Shown here in pieces: positions 47,601 through 56,318 of a DNA stretch of 64,000 nt. Each line of letters opens with the position of its first letter. Within the stretch, counting starts at the first letter, position 1. The notes beneath the pieces were generated by a model. The model ran no database searches and was not told where the DNA came from. It saw only the letters and a program-made list of their open reading frames with translations. Origin of the DNA: an uncultured virus (IMG/VR IMGVR_UViG_3300044639_000880) (lineage: Duplodnaviria; Heunggongvirae; Uroviricota; Caudoviricetes); the IMG/VR virus record IMGVR_UViG_3300044639_000880, positions 1 through 64,000 of that record. One strand, written 5' to 3'. Position numbers and translations under genes: made by a program.

Positions 47601-49956
47601 AGCTCAGCTAGGAGCTCTTCTAAAGAAAGGTGCAAAGGCTGCATTAAAAGTTGCTAAGTCTGCATCACCTCACGGAAGTTGGACTCATGTAGAAGCTATA
47701 AAACCAAGAACAAAACTTGAAAAAGTTATTGATGTAACAAAAAGCTTAGCTAAAGATGTAGCTCATAATGTTGACAAAAAAATAGTAACACCTATTCAGT
47801 TTAGAAAAGACATAAAGCAAATAAAAAACAAAGCTGCTAAACAGCATGAGTATTTTCAAAAACCTGAAGTTGTAAAAAAACTAGAAGATATTGGAGCAAG
47901 TCCTTCTGCTATAAAATTTTTGCAAAGACCTAACCAGGTTGATCTATCTTTTGTACCTAACATTGGAAGTCATTATGATACAGTATTTGATCATATAAAC
48001 ATAGACATGAGACAAGCAAAAAAGTTGTCTAAAAAGCTTGGTATGACACCAATGCAAGCTTATGAACATGAGTTAGGTCATAAAATACAACAAAATATAG
48101 ATCTAGGTTCTGCTGAGTTTCAACAAAAATATGCTAAGTATAAAAAAGATCTTGAAGACTATACTATTAGAAAAGGTTTACAAAGTAATACATCTAGTTT
48201 AGATCCTATGGCTGTAAGAAACATGTCAGACTTTGTAAAGAACATGGATATTCCACTGCCTCCTAGAGCTACATCTAAACCTACTCTTTTAGATAAACAA
48301 GCTGCTGGTATGCTTAGACTTAGAGCTAAGGATAAAAAATTACTTACACCAGAAGAAAAGAAAATACTTCATTACTACCACTCTGAATATCCAGATCAAG
48401 GTATATCAAAAATAGGTTATGATATAGAACATGGTGCAGAAAGAGTTCCTCATTTAAGAGAGATGAGACAAGCTATGATTGATAAAGGTCATATAGAAAA
48501 TGAACTATCACCTATTACTGAAGATATTGTAAGAAACTTTATTAAAGAAAATCCTAGTAACAGAATAGCTCAGTTCATGGATCCTAACTTTAACATTAAC
48601 TATAAAAAGCTTGTTAAGACATTTAAACATTTGCCAGCTCTTGCTCCTATTGGAATAGGTGCTGCTGCTTTACAAGAAGAAAAAGATGGAGGTTGGTTAG
48701 ACAAAGCTCAACTTGGTAAAATTATAACTAGACCTTTAACACTACTTACCAAAACAGAAATGTTAAGTAAAAAAGGTAAAAATATGGGTTATAGAAAAAT
48801 AGGTAATGTTGCTGGCTTACAAGATCTTATTAGAAAAAAAGGTGCACAAGCTCCTGCTCCCATGAAAATGAGATCTGGTTTATATGCAGATACACCATTT
48901 TTTGGAATGGGTAAAAAACCTAATGAAAATTATAAAGGTATTTATGCAGTAGAGGTAGATCCTCATAATCCAAAATATAACTGGACATCAAGAGTTGCTG
49001 GAACAGATAATTTAGGAGTAGCACCTATAAATCCTAAAACAGGAGAGCTTATTAAAAACATTCCACTAGAAGACTTAAATGTTTATAGAAAAAAATGGTT
49101 TAGTGATAATTATAAAAGGCTAGATCCAGAAAATCTAGAAGAAGGTTTAAAAAATGCAAAGTTACAATCAGGATTAGAAAATGCTTGGAAGTGGGGTGTA
49201 AGAGGTACTGCTGCTGTTGCTGCTCATGATTATATGTCAAAGGATAGTGATGATTGGGCACCTCAAATACAAAACTATCTAAACATAAAACAAAAAGGTG
49301 GAAACAATATTAGTGAAAGCACTTTTGTAAGAAAGCCTATAGTAAATATTAAAAAACCAAATAGACAACCAACAGCTGATGACTTAGCTTGGTATAGTAT
49401 GATGGCTGCTCAAGAAAGACAACCAGATGTCTTACAACAAAAACAAGCACAAGGAAAAGGTAGCAAAGCTTGGGATATTATGATGAATCCTTTTACTGCT
49501 GCCGGTCACATGTATCAACATGGATCAATTCCTGATAATTTTACACAAGGTCCAACAAGTGCATTAGATATAGCACCTCAGTTTGTTAACCCTGTCACTT
49601 ATGCTGAGATGATTTACAACACAGGAAAAGCAGCAGTTAACCCACAGACTTACAAAGACATGGCAAAAACTGCACAAGGTTTAGGTATGAAAGCTATGGG
49701 TAAAGAAGGTCCTGAAGGTTGGCAAGAAGCCGGACTTAATACTTTAGGTATGGGTATAGATGCAGTATTTGCTTTACCAGGTGTAAAAATGGCAAAAGGT
49801 CTTAAGAAAAATATTAGTAAGTCTATAAACAAGTCTATCAATAAGACAGCTAAGGGTATAAAAAAAGGAGTAAGTGAGAATATGAGAAATTATCCAGGGC
49901 CAGCAATTACTCCAACTAACTTTAAAACAGGTGGCTGGCTTGATAATTTACATTAA
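44689..49956 (+). CDS. Modular (polyvalent) putative virion cargo protein
   Basis: Zn ribbon, SLT-like, HExxH zincin-like and possible ART-like modules separated by xxGG/KAQxG/GGWLD motifs. Confidence 0.75.
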   Translation: MKQNKVPKNEYTNGEPSPYRKNPFNKDVFYGDDGQYAHPGQVTRIPGDAFGTHITMKGINQPLYARDDQGNEQMMQPGEDYTFPGQYVTEYPQIQTAQYGEQFNTYEADLISKVLMNRNRDKDFVKRAYDVGAYPDSNMFTGLDTEDFGNRMSHKMSWGEDDSGQAYMYPDIYNPNNEAIKVPNQYADYISSEGYKKATGMPVKKYGGGLLNKTLTCPSCGWSWKAADGGKDIATCHKCGGTAKLAYGGIPMAQEGFENQEDPIAHLKWGKYIDDPNRRKQHIVDVYQYLMDSRWDPKNIVSFMKNVGGYGSKSRGSLAKSGADWGWDNEDITNEVLGEAWDDYYNKVRKIKSKQAYGGNPSLPNIESHYQKGGTKIYTDKALFDKAYKAETDSLNLYNLSNQLVRGNYGFSDNYEFPANPKYWEDYKIKYNPSGFTKDINNNKIPIGSNNTRKEVEASLKRKIKPLGYTYSDFAVPVYKKPVIHNVYQEPVPEAVKEQPKKTEASKKDYHHRQVDFSSPYGAVMKYYDEAGKVIREEPYKKPFGGIHSKTHTHMQEGGWLDDLDKYQGGGWDENFQRPGPVAENSIPVASPSFNPKISQEFIQQNVTPYSYQLPPLRTFKDFKGKRSSPAVDYKDYLDYKWHSDRNDLESAEDLYQRRGEWENEILGSEFLKDPEIKAFTKLDRLDDVYYDKSKENQYYIPSGKKIKLTQGRYNLGKIDTGLIDEVVKKAKQYGVDPLDILSIAGRESTFGQPYGDPSSVRRENDLTEVFSAWANSEANDGNFYNYFGKKKHPGLKLVKNKSGWNYRPEDESKKTQIFTQEDVDEYLKYRQEQEKIKSKDNALDFVAKKIKNKELHKYNPGDPDYQNKLANEKKLLAQEKELMKYLKSNKEDQLTTKQYGGWLDELDEEYRRGGMVNPLMKSRSKRSGTSKNIQSSINKLFLRNRDIFGPGGKNIYDPKSKYQDGGDLPKAQLGALLKKGAKAALKVAKSASPHGSWTHVEAIKPRTKLEKVIDVTKSLAKDVAHNVDKKIVTPIQFRKDIKQIKNKAAKQHEYFQKPEVVKKLEDIGASPSAIKFLQRPNQVDLSFVPNIGSHYDTVFDHINIDMRQAKKLSKKLGMTPMQAYEHELGHKIQQNIDLGSAEFQQKYAKYKKDLEDYTIRKGLQSNTSSLDPMAVRNMSDFVKNMDIPLPPRATSKPTLLDKQAAGMLRLRAKDKKLLTPEEKKILHYYHSEYPDQGISKIGYDIEHGAERVPHLREMRQAMIDKGHIENELSPITEDIVRNFIKENPSNRIAQFMDPNFNINYKKLVKTFKHLPALAPIGIGAAALQEEKDGGWLDKAQLGKIITRPLTLLTKTEMLSKKGKNMGYRKIGNVAGLQDLIRKKGAQAPAPMKMRSGLYADTPFFGMGKKPNENYKGIYAVEVDPHNPKYNWTSRVAGTDNLGVAPINPKTGELIKNIPLEDLNVYRKKWFSDNYKRLDPENLEEGLKNAKLQSGLENAWKWGVRGTAAVAAHDYMSKDSDDWAPQIQNYLNIKQKGGNNISESTFVRKPIVNIKKPNRQPTADDLAWYSMMAAQERQPDVLQQKQAQGKGSKAWDIMMNPFTAAGHMYQHGSIPDNFTQGPTSALDIAPQFVNPVTYAEMIYNTGKAAVNPQTYKDMAKTAQGLGMKAMGKEGPEGWQEAGLNTLGMGIDAVFALPGVKMAKGLKKNISKSINKSINKTAKGIKKGVSENMRNYPGPAITPTNFKTGGWLDNLH

Positions 49957-49962
49957 TTTTAA

Positions 49963-49970
49963 TATATTTG
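49963..49970 (+). promoter_or_regulatory. Bacteroidota -7 promoter-like element
   Basis: TATATTTG 4 nt before ATG 49975 (would give a near-leaderless mRNA). Confidence 0.4.
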
Positions 49971-49974
49971 TACT

Positions 49975-52794
49975 ATGACCAAAGATGAGATTTTAAATGG
50001 CATGTCAGAGCAAGAGTTCTACAGCATGTATCCTACTAGAGAGGCTTGGGAACAGTCTCAACAAGAAATGGCCTATGGTGGTTCTCCTTTTATTCAAGGC
50101 TTTCCTTTTGGTGCTGGTATAACAATGGCACATGGTGGAACTCCTTATTATGGTGGTCCAATTTATCCAGCTCAAGATGGAATACAAACTCCAGGATTTG
50201 ATAGTACTAACATGGTTCTTACAGGACAAGATAATCTTAGTGATCAACAAATAGCAAATGCTAACTTAAAGTCGTTAGGTAATAATGAATATATAAACAG
50301 TGAAGGTGATAGCCGCTTTGTAAAGAATGTTAATCCAGTTGTAGTTCCTTTTAATCCTTATGGTGTACAATCAAAAGGAAAATTTGCCAATAATCCTAAT
50401 TCTTTTCTTAATACAGGAATTCCTGGAGTTAGCACTTCAACAAATAATAGTTCTGTAACAGATCAACAAGTTAATACTAAAGTAAGAGGTTCAGTACTTC
50501 CTATTCTAGGAAAAAAACAAAAATATGGTGGATTGCCTGGTGGGCCTCATCAATATGATATGCCTTGTATGAATTGTGGTGGTTATATGGAAGATGGCGG
50601 TAATGCTAGTCCATTTAACTACGGAGCATTTCCTGCTATGCAAGGTGGTGGTGATCCTAATGATTTATGGTTAGCTCAACAACAATTAGCTTTAGAAAAA
50701 AGAACTAAACAAGGTGTTCCTTCCGATGTTAAACCTACAGGAACTAATCCTCTTAACTTTAATCCTTACATTAAAGGAAGTGATATTGCTCAGACTGATT
50801 CTATGCATACTAGTCCTTACAATCCTAACATTGCTGCTTACTTTAAAGGTAATAAGATGATAGCAGGACCTGCGCAAAATACAGGACAAGCTATTAAAGC
50901 AGCAAGGAAAGTCAATACCGGAAAGTTTTATAAAAAAGATAATGAAATCTACCCTAACTATCAACAAGATGGTGGAGGATTTATTAATGATGGAAGCTAT
51001 CCTCAAATGAATTTTGGTGGAATAGATTATTCTAGTACTATTAATGATGTGTTTTCTAAATACCAAAAGAAGTCTGGTGGAGTTACTAGTCAAGGAGGTA
51101 ATCAAAATTTGATTAAGAAACAACAAGCTGATTTTTACAATGCTATTCAAAGCAATGTGATTAATAAGTTCAATCAAGATGAACGCGATATAGCAAACCA
51201 GGTTACACAACAAGCTACTCAAGAAGTTGATCAAGCTTATCAAGGATATCAAATGGGTGGTGGTCCAGGAATGAGTTATGGTTATAATGCATATGGTGCA
51301 CCTAACTTAGATAATCAATATAATCAAGAGATGCTTCAAGCTAAACTTGATAGTTATAATGATCAACATGCTTTAGATAGAGAGAATATGCGCGGAGCTA
51401 ATCAAATGCTTGCAGGTTATATTGATCAAACATTAAGTAATAGAAGAGCCGGTGCACAAGAAGCAATGGGTATGTATAAAGCTCAATCTGGTGGTGATTG
51501 GGATGCTGCTTGGGCTCAACAAGAAGCTGAAGAAGCTCGGAGAACAGCAGCCTACTCTATAGAAAAGAAAAAAGCTAAAGAAGCTTATATAAATAGTCTT
51601 AGACAAAAAGGTAAAACTGCTGAAAATACTCAAAATCTATCATGGTCTCAACAAGCAATGCAAAGCTTTGGACCAGATAATAGACTTAATGGATTTAATT
51701 ACTTTCCTGGTAATGTTGGTAGAGGGTATGAATTTGGTAAAGCTGATATGGCTAAGTTATCAAAGCTTACAGCTAACGATCCTCTCACAGGTGTACAACT
51801 TAATTATGGAAGATTAGGTAGAATGGCTCCAAGATTTTTTGGTCCTAAGTCTATTACTTTTGGTACAGTGAATCCTAATAAAGGTTACTTTGAAGATCTT
51901 AAAGAACCTGTTTCATATGATCAATCTCAACAACAAAATACTGATGTAAATTATTTTAAAGAAGATCGTGAAGCAACAAAAAGAAGAGCTGAGATAGCTA
52001 AGATTGGACCAGATGCTTATAAAAGAAACCAAGCATTTGATGATATGAGTTGGAGTGAAAAAAGAGCTTCTAAAAAAGCTATGAATCAAAATCTTAATCA
52101 AAATATTGACCAAGAAAAAAGATTTGAAAAATCAAAAAAAGCAGTAGGAGCTGTGGATACAGAAAATGCTTATGGTGGATTATATAAAGCTCAAGAGGGT
52201 TATGAAAATCCTTTGGCTTTCAAACCTACTCTAACAGAAGATGACGGTATGGATATCATGCCGCCACCAATGTCTGTTGCTAATAAACCAGTAGATCCAA
52301 ACTATAATCCTTTTACTGATCAAGCTGCTATTCAGAAAAGAAGACAAGAACAAAGAGATATGTTTGGTCCTCCTATAGATGATCAACCAGATATCATGGC
52401 TCCCGATTCTGTTACAGCTAAATCAAAATTAAAAGGTGTAAAAAATTTAATAGGTCAATATGCAGTACCGGGTATTAACAAGTTAGCTAATATGTTTGAA
52501 CAAGATGATCGTGAGAATAGCGAAAGAGCATTAGAGCAAGGTATGTTAGCTGATAATGCTAAAGTAACAAGACCCGCTAATGCTTTTAATATGGGAACTT
52601 ACAATGTTAATTCAGGAGACTTTAGAGAGAATCAAAAAAACTCTAGTCAATATCCTGGATTTAATGCACAATTTGGTGGATTCAATACTATGCAAATGGG
52701 TGGAGGAATGGATGATTCATGGGAAGATGATTTAACTGAAGATGAAATTGAGAACTTAAGAGCACAAGGATATAACATTGAATATTTAGATTAA
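49975..52794 (+). CDS. Low-complexity putative virion cargo protein with more than 15 xxGG/AQxG motifs
   Basis: MAYGG, MAHGG, PAQDG, KYGG, MEDGG, MQGGG, QDGG, KKSGG, YQMGG, KAQSGG, AYGG, KAQEG, AQFGG, MQMGG. Confidence 0.7.
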   Translation: MTKDEILNGMSEQEFYSMYPTREAWEQSQQEMAYGGSPFIQGFPFGAGITMAHGGTPYYGGPIYPAQDGIQTPGFDSTNMVLTGQDNLSDQQIANANLKSLGNNEYINSEGDSRFVKNVNPVVVPFNPYGVQSKGKFANNPNSFLNTGIPGVSTSTNNSSVTDQQVNTKVRGSVLPILGKKQKYGGLPGGPHQYDMPCMNCGGYMEDGGNASPFNYGAFPAMQGGGDPNDLWLAQQQLALEKRTKQGVPSDVKPTGTNPLNFNPYIKGSDIAQTDSMHTSPYNPNIAAYFKGNKMIAGPAQNTGQAIKAARKVNTGKFYKKDNEIYPNYQQDGGGFINDGSYPQMNFGGIDYSSTINDVFSKYQKKSGGVTSQGGNQNLIKKQQADFYNAIQSNVINKFNQDERDIANQVTQQATQEVDQAYQGYQMGGGPGMSYGYNAYGAPNLDNQYNQEMLQAKLDSYNDQHALDRENMRGANQMLAGYIDQTLSNRRAGAQEAMGMYKAQSGGDWDAAWAQQEAEEARRTAAYSIEKKKAKEAYINSLRQKGKTAENTQNLSWSQQAMQSFGPDNRLNGFNYFPGNVGRGYEFGKADMAKLSKLTANDPLTGVQLNYGRLGRMAPRFFGPKSITFGTVNPNKGYFEDLKEPVSYDQSQQQNTDVNYFKEDREATKRRAEIAKIGPDAYKRNQAFDDMSWSEKRASKKAMNQNLNQNIDQEKRFEKSKKAVGAVDTENAYGGLYKAQEGYENPLAFKPTLTEDDGMDIMPPPMSVANKPVDPNYNPFTDQAAIQKRRQEQRDMFGPPIDDQPDIMAPDSVTAKSKLKGVKNLIGQYAVPGINKLANMFEQDDRENSERALEQGMLADNAKVTRPANAFNMGTYNVNSGDFRENQKNSSQYPGFNAQFGGFNTMQMGGGMDDSWEDDLTEDEIENLRAQGYNIEYLD

Positions 52795-52798
52795 TAAC

Positions 52799-54919
52799 AT
52801 GGCAAGAGTTAGAATAACCAAAACACCTAAAGCTCTATCAGGGCTTGAAGTAAAGATGAAGGATATGAAATCAGGATTGTATGGTACTAATGGTAACCGT
52901 CAATTTAGTTTACCTAATCAAATACAAAGCAGTAGATTCTCAGAACCTCTTACTGAGGTGAGAAATACTTTACAACCTGTAGCTAGAGAAAGTGCTAACC
53001 TTGAAGCTGAGAGAGGTGAAACTGCAATAGTTAATATGGGAGGTATGCCAGCACATTTTAAGATTGGTGGCAAGAGACATTCAGAAGGTGGTACTCCATT
53101 GAATCTTCCTGATAACTCTTTTATCTATAGTGATACTGCTAAGATGAAGATTAAAGATCTTATTATCCAAGCTCAGTTTGGTATGGTACCAAAAAAGTCT
53201 GGATACACTCCGGCTGAGATCTCTAAGAAATATGATATCAATAAATTCAGAAAAGTTCTAGCTGATAAAAACTCAGAACCAGTTGAGAGAAAGACTGCAG
53301 AGATGATGATCTCTAACTACAACTTAAAATTAGCTAAGCTAGCTTTAATACAAGAATCAATGAAAGGATTCCCTCAAGGAATTCCTCTTGTAGCTATGCC
53401 TTATATTATAGAGAATGAAATGGATGCCTCTCAATTCTTACCAGATCAAGCTCAAGAACAATTAGAAGGAGCTGAACAACCAGATGCTGATACCGGTGAA
53501 GCTAGATATGGTGCTAATGTTATCTCTACATGGGACACACATAGATATGGTGGTATACCTAAAGCTCAGTTTGGTGTTAATACAACTATGGACTCTGTTC
53601 CAAGATTTGATCCAGCATTGATAGCTCAACAAGTTGCTGCAGAAGAACTTGCAGCTAAACAAAAAGGAACAATGACAACAGGGTCAGCTCCTAGAACAGT
53701 AACAGGTACTCCTTCATACAATGTACCTTTACAAATAAATGATGGAGAGTATCAACAAACAGAACCTGATATGTTTACAAAAGCTTTACAAGGTGTTGGT
53801 GCTATTATGGAAGCTCCTCAAAGAGCTATGATGTATGCTGGTACAAGTATGTTTGGAGATGAAAACTATGAAATGACTAATCCAAAAACTGGTAAAAAAG
53901 AATGGATAGATAAAGATATTGTTGATATAAGAATGAAACAAGGATATACACCTACAGGTAAAAAGAAAACAGGATTTTATGAAATGCCATCTGAAACATT
54001 AGAAAGAGGATATCCTGATGCTTCTCCTGCTCTTAAGTTTGCATCTGATGTTTTTGGTGATCCTTTGCTTCCTGTAACAGCATGGAAAACTGCAGGAAGA
54101 TTAGCTACTAAACAAATATCTAAACCTTTAACACAAGCTATTTATCAATCTAAAGGAACACTAAGCAAAACAGAAGCTATTAAAAATTTAGGTCCTAAAC
54201 TATCACCAAGAAAAAAAGAAATAGCATCTAAGGTTTATGATAAGATAATGGATGCTTATAAAAAGAATCCATCAGTTGATGAAGCTAAACTATTAAAGAT
54301 AGCGGCCCCTGCAGCTCATAATGCTGCAATAGCTCATGATGCTGAAAAAGCTTCAAAAGAAGCTGTTAGAATAGCTAGAGAAGCTGCAGAAGAAGTTGCT
54401 AGAAAAGCAGAGTATGCATATGTTTATGGTATTGAAAAAGCTAAAGAAATATATGATAAAGCACATCCAGTAATCAAAAAAATTGCTAAAGGAACAAAAA
54501 AAGTTGCTGAAAAAGTTTATAATGCTGTTGATGATCCTTACTTAGGACCAACTTTTAAGATGGCTGGAAAAAATATAATCACTTCAGGAGGTAAAACTAT
54601 ATTTGCAGATGAAGCCAAGAAAGAAACTAAATACTATAAAAATTTAGCACAAGAAGAAAAAGAAAGAGCAAACAAAGCAGAACAAAAATCAGACAGTTTA
54701 AGTGTGCTTTTAGCTAAGAAACCTAAAGAATCTGAACAGAAATATGGTCCTATTATTAGTAATAGTATTGGCCAACTTGGGCCAGGTTCTATAGCAAGAA
54801 AAAATTTAGCTACAGGAGAAGAAGAATGGTTTGATCAAAAAACTGGTAAACCATGGGCTGGTAATGTAGCTCCAGCAGATACCACAAGTAAAGTAACACC
54901 TGTTCAAGGAGATTGGTAA
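52799..54919 (+). CDS. Putative virion cargo protein
   Basis: N-terminal EAERGE...GKRHSEGG...FIYSD domain recalled from crAss-like cargo proteins; internal RYGGIPKAQFG. Confidence 0.7.
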   Translation: MARVRITKTPKALSGLEVKMKDMKSGLYGTNGNRQFSLPNQIQSSRFSEPLTEVRNTLQPVARESANLEAERGETAIVNMGGMPAHFKIGGKRHSEGGTPLNLPDNSFIYSDTAKMKIKDLIIQAQFGMVPKKSGYTPAEISKKYDINKFRKVLADKNSEPVERKTAEMMISNYNLKLAKLALIQESMKGFPQGIPLVAMPYIIENEMDASQFLPDQAQEQLEGAEQPDADTGEARYGANVISTWDTHRYGGIPKAQFGVNTTMDSVPRFDPALIAQQVAAEELAAKQKGTMTTGSAPRTVTGTPSYNVPLQINDGEYQQTEPDMFTKALQGVGAIMEAPQRAMMYAGTSMFGDENYEMTNPKTGKKEWIDKDIVDIRMKQGYTPTGKKKTGFYEMPSETLERGYPDASPALKFASDVFGDPLLPVTAWKTAGRLATKQISKPLTQAIYQSKGTLSKTEAIKNLGPKLSPRKKEIASKVYDKIMDAYKKNPSVDEAKLLKIAAPAAHNAAIAHDAEKASKEAVRIAREAAEEVARKAEYAYVYGIEKAKEIYDKAHPVIKKIAKGTKKVAEKVYNAVDDPYLGPTFKMAGKNIITSGGKTIFADEAKKETKYYKNLAQEEKERANKAEQKSDSLSVLLAKKPKESEQKYGPIISNSIGQLGPGSIARKNLATGEEEWFDQKTGKPWAGNVAPADTTSKVTPVQGDW

Positions 54920-54940
54920 TTATATTTAAAATTTTAACAC

Positions 54941-56254
54941 ATGGGAAAAGAATCCGGCCTTAAAGCAACTACCATTTCAAAAGATGGTACTAAATTAAGA
55001 GATGAGTATAATGATGGAACATTTGGAAATGTAAGACCAAATCCTAATTATAAAAAAGAAGAAAAGCCTAAAGAAGGCAAATCTTCTACTACAAAAGAAC
55101 AAGGTGAACCACCTTTGTTAATTGAACCTTATGCTTATAATACAGATAAGTTACATCATTCTAAATATGATAAAGCTCAGTGGAGAAAATGGGCTCAAGA
55201 AACAGGATTTAAACCTAAAAGTAGAACAGTAGCTGGGCAAAATAAAGAATTCCAATTATATTTATTGCAAGATGATAAATTTAAAGACAAAGTAAAAGCT
55301 ATTCATAAAGAATTAGGTATGCCTTATGCAGGTAAACCTGATGATGAATTTCTTGGAGAAAGATGGGATAAGATAATGGAAAAGCTTACAACTGAACCAG
55401 AAAAACAACCAGAACCAGAAAAAGATTTACCTGAGCTTACTGTTAAGAAAGATGAAGAAAAGCCAGCAGAAGAACAAGATGTAAAGAGAAACACACCACA
55501 AGGTGTAACTGGAAACAGAAGAGCTCCTTGGTGGTTACAAGATATTATTAAAACTTCTGGTGCTGCAGCTGACTTAGCTAGAATAAAGAAGTATGATCCT
55601 TGGCAAGATACTCCACAAGTATTTTTACCTAATGCTACTTATTATGATCCTACACGCGAACTAGCTGCTAATACTGAACAAGCTAATTTAGCTAGTCAGT
55701 TTCATCAAGCATTCACTGGTCCTAAGTCAGGAGCTATATCTGGAGTTCAAGGTAAAGCTTTGGATAATGCTGCTAATATAATGGCTAAGTACAATAACTT
55801 AAATGTTGGTTTAGCCAATCAACTATCTCAAGAAAGAGCAAGTATCTTGAATCAAGCTTCTCAAAATCAAGCTGGTTTAAATACTCAACTTTTTGATAAG
55901 TATACTATAGCTAATCAAACATTTAATACCTCTAAGAATATGGCCCGCCAGAACTTGAGACAATCTTATATGGATGCTATCACTAATAGAGCTAAGACAC
56001 AAGCATTAAATACTTTATATCCTAACTATTACACAGATCCTTCTGATGGAGGATATCTTACTTTTAATCCTAACTATACACCAACTCCTACTTATAAAGG
56101 TGATACTAATGAATTTGATGAAGCTGTAAAAAAATATGGTAGTGTAGAAAATGCTAGTAAGTACATGGATTGGAAATATCGCAAGGCATCTAAAAAAGCT
56201 TCATCAGATTATCCATATGAAGGATATGAAGGATATCAAGGAAATGAAGTATAA
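54941..56254 (+). CDS. Putative virion cargo/ejection protein
   Basis: Charged N-half; Gln/Asn/Ala-rich helical C-half (YDPTRELAANTEQ) typical of ejected proteins. Confidence 0.65.
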   Translation: MGKESGLKATTISKDGTKLRDEYNDGTFGNVRPNPNYKKEEKPKEGKSSTTKEQGEPPLLIEPYAYNTDKLHHSKYDKAQWRKWAQETGFKPKSRTVAGQNKEFQLYLLQDDKFKDKVKAIHKELGMPYAGKPDDEFLGERWDKIMEKLTTEPEKQPEPEKDLPELTVKKDEEKPAEEQDVKRNTPQGVTGNRRAPWWLQDIIKTSGAAADLARIKKYDPWQDTPQVFLPNATYYDPTRELAANTEQANLASQFHQAFTGPKSGAISGVQGKALDNAANIMAKYNNLNVGLANQLSQERASILNQASQNQAGLNTQLFDKYTIANQTFNTSKNMARQNLRQSYMDAITNRAKTQALNTLYPNYYTDPSDGGYLTFNPNYTPTPTYKGDTNEFDEAVKKYGSVENASKYMDWKYRKASKKASSDYPYEGYEGYQGNEV

Positions 56255-56301
56255 TAAACTTTATAAGTGTATTACTATACCATATAAATTTAATAGATTT
56301 A
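56255..56301 (+). promoter_or_regulatory. Two copies of the 17-bp quasi-palindromic box upstream of 56319
   Basis: TAAACTT-TAT-AAGTGTA (56255) and TAAATTT-AAT-AGATTTA (56285). Confidence 0.45.
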
Positions 56302-56318
56302 CAATATAAAATTAACTC

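Noticed and set aside
22300..54900. Scattered D-S/T-hydrophobic sequons in the tagged mini-proteins and cargo proteins
   Set aside because: Too few per protein to distinguish from chance without statistics, and no export signals
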